NCBI GenBank assembly: GCA_013265495.1
Contig: MU057487.1
Coordinates: 1,116,001 to 1,144,920, forward strand
Length of the DNA: 28,920 nucleotides
From: Vicugna vicugna
Taxonomy: Eukaryota
Reading direction: 5' to 3'
Shown here piece after piece: positions 23,320 to 28,920 of this stretch (position 1 is the first letter of the stretch; each line of letters begins with the position of its first letter). Below the pieces are notes generated by a model, which did no database searches, was not told the DNA's origin, and saw only the letters and a list, made by a program, of their open reading frames with translations. The position numbers and the translations under genes are program-made.

Positions 23320-23862
23320 AACCCTTAGAATTCATTCTCTTAATGAGAATGAGTGCTCCCTAGGTTTCAGCACATCTGAAAGAAGTAGAAAGCACTTGCA
23401 GTTCCTTTGATCTATTTACTATCTCCCTCTGGAAGTAAATGCACTCTTCTCCCCTGCACAATGCTGTTATTTAACTCTACTTAGGAGCCTAGAGGCCTTT
23501 TGGGTGGGTCTAGGAGAACAGGCATTCCCCAGCAAGGCAACTGCCTCAGGGAACATCATTGAACCGTCTCCGGGAAAGAAAAGGGTGATTTCTTGAGACA
23601 GGGGAGGAGGGACTATTTGCAGCAGCAAAGGAGGCTCAGGGTGATTTGGAGATTCAAACTGTGTCTGCATAAATGTCCTTTTCTGAAGTCTCAGAAGATC
23701 CTTCTTTCTCAATCAATGTTCTAACCTTAGCACAAGCGACTTTCAAAGGTTGCATACTTAACTAGAGTTGTAATTCTGCAGCTGAGCAATTTGATTTTAG
23801 ATCTGATCATCATTCCTGTCTGCCCTGTAGCTACAGGCAATAAAAGATTATCCTAAGGCCTC
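23320..23862 (-). pseudogene. ERV-L gag remnant (N-terminal portion)
   Basis: ORF 23467-23712 contains FPEAVALLGNACSP...ASRLLSRVK. Compare recalled ERV-L gag SPEAVARQDNADSP...ASRPITRLK. Confidence 0.75.
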
Positions 23863-23864
23863 CA

Positions 23865-24250
23865 GAGATGGCAGATACCAGGAGAAAAGAGCCATGGAAT
23901 ACCATTATGCCCTCAGGACTGGGAAGGGGAGGAGGAAGCAGTGTTATCAGAGTCTAGTGAGAGCTGGAGCTGGGGAGGAGTGGCCACTTTCAGGAACTGA
24001 CCTTAGGAGGGGTGCAGCAAGAGAAAGCAAGAAAAAAATACCCACTCCTCCCACCTACCCCCCATCATCATTTGACTTCCTGTAAGCCCTTCCCATTGGC
24101 CTAATCCAGCTGGAAGCCAGCCAGCCAGGGAGCCCAGATGATGGCAAGAGCCATGGTCAGCCTCCTGGGGTACAGAAGGAGGCACGGCAGGACCCAGAGT
24201 CAAATCGGGGCAGGTGTGCAGTGGGGCCAACAACCGGAATAAACAGCACA
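23865..24250 (-). mobile_element. LTR33-like ERVL long terminal repeat (5' LTR of the provirus)
   Basis: Minus strand begins TGTGCTG at 24250. cccattggcctaatccagctggaagccag...gggagcccagatgatg...ggtcagcctcctgggg matches recalled antisense LTR33. Same orientation as, and adjacent to, gag. Confidence 0.8.
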
Positions 24251-24261
24251 TACAGGTGTCT

Positions 24262-24348
24262 CTCTTTTAAGGATAAGGAAATATGAGCACAGTTACTTGC
24301 TCAAGGTCACATAGTGAGTGGCAAAGCTAGAATTCAAACCTAGGAAGA
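24262..24348 (-). mobile_element. MIR SINE fragment
   Basis: acttgctcaaggtcacatagtgagtggcaaagctagaattcaaacctagg. Confidence 0.8.
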
Positions 24349-25439
24349 CATTCAGAGAGATCTTCATACAGATCTTAAACGCTCAGCAACTCAGACAGAC
24401 ACCACCGACCACTAGAGAATTTAGGAGAGAACTCACCAGAGTCTCTTGAAAAAAAGGGAAATGCTTGATAGCAAAATAAGGGATGACTAGAGAATCCATT
24501 TCAAAGGGATTAGTGATGAGCAGTAAATAAATATATGAGAATGTTATGGAGGAAAATGCTATGACTATTATCAATTTAACAATTGTAAAACATGAAATAT
24601 GGAGTTAGTGGCAGAAGGTAGTTTAAGGACACTAATACCTTTATCTCTTCTTTTGTGGGCAATCAACAGTGACAAAGTTGATGAGTAGGAAATAAAATTA
24701 TATTCTTATATATTCTGTTTTTTGAGGATAAATATAATCATATTTTTCAAATGCTATACATCTTTTTAATTTTTGTCTCCCTAATTTGGGTCAAAAAAGG
24801 TGAGTTAATATAACCAGCAGTGTGTTTCTGTCCATTTCTGAACACATTTGTCCATTTCTGTCCAAATGCATTTGTTACATTTCCTGCTTTTTATGCTTGA
24901 TATACCTTGATGTTAGAGTAAAGGAAAATTCAAAGAAAATGCGAGCATTAAGAAAAGCATTTTTATCTGAAATGTTTCTAGGAAAGTTTAGCCTTCAGGA
25001 GAACTGAGTTTCTTAAATAAAGGATGTAGCCAATATTTAAAGGATGAAACATAAAGTTATAGTTTCTCTGTTCATTATTGCATTGATAGTAAAAGGCCAT
25101 TTTCCCTCACATGGTTTTCCTATCTGCAAGAATTGCTGCATATCTTCAGATGTCAGAGAATATTACTCTCTCCTGGAGTCAGCAACTTTTACAGGAAAGG
25201 GCCTTGAGGCTTTATTTCTGGAGGGGACAAGAATTCTTATTTTGTTTTGTTTTGTTTTGTTTTGTGGTTTATCTCAGATGGAGGGTTTTTTCCTCGGATG
25301 GCGGTGTAGCACATACATCTCATGGTGGTGGCCTGGCCAATCACCGATTTTGGTTTCTCATTTTGGTATTTATTGCATAAAATTTTAAATAGCCACATCC
25401 ATTTGTGGATTTTTAATCTTAATACTATTCTTAAGGTAC

Positions 25440-25760
25440 ACTTCCTTGTCTCACTTAACACTTTTATCTTCATAGACTAATGTTAATGTCATAACTCTAT
25501 CTTTTTTTGCTTAGCATTTACCTCCGATTTCCTTGTCTGCTTTTATAACCTTTCTGAATTGCTTTCTTTAGAATGTGTCCTTTGTATAGAGCACTTAGTT
25601 TGATTTTTCATCCAACCTGAAAACCAATTTATAACCAGTGAGTTTATATAATTTACATGAATTGATATAACAGATACATTTGGTCTTAATTTTTTCATCG
25701 TATTTTCTGTTTTCTAATTATCATGCTTCCTTTGCTTTCTTTGGTCATTATCTATAGTAG
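25440..25760 (-). mobile_element. Ancient L1 fragment (inter-ORF / ORF2 start region)
   Basis: tgtgtcctttgtatagagcac...tttttcatccaacctgaaaa...cagatacatttggtctt resembles antisense L1M sequence. Confidence 0.55.
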
Positions 25761-25764
25761 ATGC

Positions 25765-26695
25765 TTACTGGTGAAAATACAGAAGCATTCTCACTAAAAT
25801 CTGGAGAAAAGGACCCCAACACCACCACTAGTATTTAATTTTATGTAACATTATTTTCTGGAGATAACTAGTCAACACAGTGAGGGAAGAGCAAGAAGAG
25901 CTTAATATATAAGGCAGAAGGAGGAAATTTTTTCAGTATTTTCAGATAGCATTATAATAATCATGGAATATCTAAGAGAACCAACTGAAAAAGATTAGAA
26001 ACAATTAGAGAATTTGATAATGTGCCTACTTACAAAATCAATATACAATGGATCCATTGTTTTTCTAAATGCAAGAGAAAAAGGAGAATTTAGAATAAGA
26101 GAAAGAATGTTATTAACAACAGCAACCAAGAAGAAAAAATATCTAGAAATCAATTAACAAGAACTTCAGAAGACCTATATAAGAAAAAAACAAAATGCTA
26201 CTGAGGAACATAAAAAAGACTTAAATTAATCAAAATATAGCTCTTATTTTTAGACAGAAGGTGCATTATTGTAAAAATATCAAATACCTAAATTGGTCTA
26301 AAAATTTATGCAAATTTAAATTCAATTAAAATTTTTTGAAAGTTCATAAAACTAAAGATAATTAGAAAAAAAATTCCAGAAAATTCTTACAAAGAATAGT
26401 AAAGTAAAACAATCCCATTAAGACATATTGCTGAGCTTTAAAGCTAAATTAATTTGGTACCATTTTACCAATAGAGCATATAACACAGAGTTCAGTTAAA
26501 GACCCAAGTACACATGGGAGAGTACATACAAAAAAGTTACACATTTGTAATAAATAAAGAGTGTTGGTATAGTCTGCAAGATCATTATTTGGAAAATAAT
26601 TAAAAGCTGGGCCTCAACTTTAATGCTTTATTACGTCTAAGTATTCAAAACTTTTGAAAGTTTAAAAGCAAAAAAATAAGATTATAAAGTACAGC
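25765..26695 (+). mobile_element. Ancient L1 ORF2 RT-region fragment
   Basis: ggtgaaaatacagaagcattctcactaaaatctgga; ttttcagatagcatt (FSDSI, from FADDM); tacaaaatcaatataca; aagacctatataagaaaa. Confidence 0.75.
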
Positions 26696-26739
26696 TACAT
26701 TTTTGCTACATACAGGAAATACATAGGAAATGCTGCAGT

Positions 26740-28125
26740 TCATTTCTAAATATTTTATAATTTGTATTGTAATCCCCTTTCTAATCTTTGGGTAAATTAA
26801 AAGTGATTTTTTTAAGTTTCCAAATAAATTGTTAAAGTTATATTCTCTTATTTCTAATCTAATTGCAATAAATTTAGAGATTATATATTTTTAAACTTTG
26901 TGGAGATTCCTTTATACTGTGTCTTGATTCAAGGTCAGTTTTTGTAAATGTTCAATGTACATTCAATAAAAGGACTGTATATTCTTTAATATCGGGTGCA
27001 AGATTTTATGTACATTTTATGTACGTATGCCTATACACATCTATGTGAATCAACTGTCAGTTGCATTGTTCAGATTTTTTAATCTTCATCCATTTTGGGC
27101 ATACTTTGTTTCTAACTGAGGTATATATAAGTAATTCAGTATAATTGTAGAGCAAAAAAAAATCCATAAACAAAAAGATAAATACTGCCTAATTCCATTT
27201 ATATCAATTTCAAGACTAGGAAAAACTAACTGATGGTGACAGAAATCAAAACAGTAGCTGCCTACAGGGTGGGGAGAGTAGGAATTGGTTACAAGGGAGC
27301 ACATGGGAAATTTGGGGAGTAATGAACATGTTCTGTATCTTGATTGGGATGTTGATTACATGAGTCTCTCTATTGGTCCAAACTCAATATCTCCTTTTAA
27401 ACCTATTTGTACTCTCGGTTGCCCAAGGCTATGTTGTTATACGTATACAGGTTCATAATTCTACCTTTTGGTGGAATGTTGATTTTTTTTTCAGTCATTT
27501 TGAGTCATTCTATTTAAACTATTAATTGATTTGCCTTAAATGCTGTTTTTGTCTGATATTATTGCTATACCAGTTTTCTTTAGGTTGGCATTTTCATGAT
27601 ATATCGTTTTTTGTATAATTTTGTTTTAGGTATACTTCATAAATAACATACAGCTAAACTTTAAAAAGTTCACTCTAGTAAACTCTGTATTTTAAAAGGA
27701 GATTTTGGTCTATTTGCATGCATTATAAATACTAACGTATTTAAATTTATATGCATCATTTTATTTTGTTTAATATTTATCATTATTTTTTTTTGATTTT
27801 TAATCTTTCCTACCTTGCATTTCATATGTATATTTTATTTTCCTCATTTTTCTTCTATTAGTATACACACCATGAACCATCTCTATCTCAATTGCTAACC
27901 ATTCAATTTTATCATGCAAACATATCTTTTAAAGAAAATCAACAATTATTTAGGGTTTCCATTCTCCTCTTGACTATTCCTAGCCACCTAAAGAGAATTG
28001 AAGCAGTCACCACCATCCTATTGTTAAGCATTTTAGTTTTTTTTTATATTAAATAGTTTAGTAAACAAACATATTTTCATCGGTTTGCATGCCCATTGTC
28101 TTCTATTGCCCATGCATAACTTCTG
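26740..28125 (-). mobile_element. Ancient L1 endonuclease / inter-ORF region fragment, interrupted at ~27150-27387
   Basis: aggtcagtttttgtaaatgttcaatgtac, ttgttcagatt, aggctatgttgtta, tgtctgatattattgctataccagttttctt. Confidence 0.7.
27150..27387 (+). mobile_element. L1ME/L1MD-like 3' fragment
   Basis: aatactgcctaattccatttata...aaaactaactgatggtgacagaaatcaaaacagt...tgttctgtatcttgattggg. Confidence 0.8.
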
Positions 28126-28131
28126 GGTTCA

Positions 28132-28920
28132 CTTTTCTTTTTTTTTTTAACATTTTTTATTGATTTATAATCATTTTACAATGTTGTGTCAAATTCCAGT
28201 GTTCAGCACAATTTTTCAATCATTCATGGACATATACACACTCATTGTCACATTTTTTTCTCTGTGAGTTATCATAACATTTTGTGTATATTTCCCTGTT
28301 CTATACAATATAATCTTGTTTATCTATTCTACAATTTTGAAATCCCAGTCTATCCCTTCCCACCCTCCACCCCCCTGGTAACCACAAGTCTGTATTCTCT
28401 GTCTATGAGTCTATTTCTGTCCTGTATTTATGCTTTGTTTTTGTTTGTTTGTTTGTTTGTTTTTGTTTTTGCTTTTTAGATTCCACATATGAGCGATCTC
28501 ATGTGGTATTTTTCTTTCTCTTTCTGGCTTACTTCACTTAGAATGACATTCTCCAGGACCATCCATGTTGCTGCAAATGGCATTATTTGATACTTTTTTA
28601 TGGCTGGGTAGTATCCCATTGTATAAATATACCACTTCTTCTTTATCCAGTCACCTGTTGATGGACATTTAGGTTGTTTCCATGTTTTGGCTATTGTAAA
28701 TAGTGATGCTATGAACATTGGGGTGCAGGTGTCATCCTGAAGTAGGGTTCCTTCTGGATACAAGCCCAGGAGTAGGATTCCTGGGTCATATGGTAAGTCT
28801 ATTCCTAGTCTTTTGAGGAATCTCCACACTGTTTTCCACAGTGGCTGCACCAAACTGCATTCCCACCAGCAGTGTAGGAGGGTTCCCCTTTCTCCACAGC
28901 CTCTCCAGCATTTGTCATTT
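28132..28920 (-). mobile_element. Young lineage-specific LINE-1 3' end (runs off the window)
   Basis: Poly(T) tail 28132-28148, 3' UTR with a GTTT repeat (~28435-28475), and an open ORF2 C-terminus. Confidence 0.95.
28476..28919 (-). CDS. LINE-1 ORF2p C-terminal domain (partial, frame open to the window edge)
   Basis: [36 protein letters not shown]...SLICGI*. The C-x3-C-x7-H-x4-C motif is intact and there is no stop in 147 codons. Confidence 0.9.
   Translation of the reverse strand, partial: NDKCWRGCGERGTLLHCWWECSLVQPLWKTVWRFLKRLGIDLPYDPGILLLGLYPEGTLLQDDTCTPMFIASLFTIAKTWKQPKCPSTGDWIKKKWYIYTMGYYPAIKKYQIMPFAATWMVLENVILSEVSQKEKEKYHMRSLICGI

Larger units (their letters stand above)
19397..23862 (-). 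mobile_element. Decayed ERV-L (class III) internal region: gag-pro-RT-RNaseH-IN-dUTPase
   Basis: Minus-strand peptide remnants are colinear with the ERV-L polyproteins (see sub-features), with many stops, frameshifts and deletions. Confidence 0.9.

Noticed and set aside
19863..23712. Domesticated retroviral gene (Fv1-like gag or integrase)
   Set aside because: Homology is split over frames with stops, catalytic motifs are decayed and gag is interrupted by a MITE.
24440..24740. Possible further old L1 fragment; other faint L2/MIR traces at ~3060-3270, 3605-3650, 5900-6010, 6215-6280, 7340-7410, 11380-11590, 12750-12795, 13290-13420, 15450-15520
   Set aside because: Too degraded to assign or bound reliably by eye. 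Needs RepeatMasker.
1..28920. A novel multi-component biological system
   Set aside because: All strong signals are explained by known transposon/ERV families or local duplications. The remaining unique DNA shows only motif-level hints.

Overview
Mammalian genomic DNA, most likely camelid (alpaca/llama/camel), inferred from a vic-1-type tRNA-derived SINE and artiodactyl-type L1 3' ends. It is AT-rich intergenic or deep-intronic sequence, and I could not support any host protein-coding exon or RNA gene. Nearly all listed ORFs are chance or repeat-derived. The main structure is a ~4.9 kb decayed class III (ERV-L) provirus on the minus strand (19397-24250). It has an LTR33-like 5' LTR and recognisable gag, protease, RT, RNase H, integrase and dUTPase remnants, and is interrupted by an old L1 3' end and a MER58-type MITE. 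Other contents: L1 pieces of several ages (one young, with an open ORF2 C-terminus at the right edge), MIR and L2 fragments, a MER46C-like MITE nested in a MIR, several short tandem duplications, and a few unique stretches with clustered transcription-factor motifs. I found no evidence of a novel biological system. Repeat subfamily names are recalled from consensus sequences, not from a search, and boundaries of old repeats are approximate.
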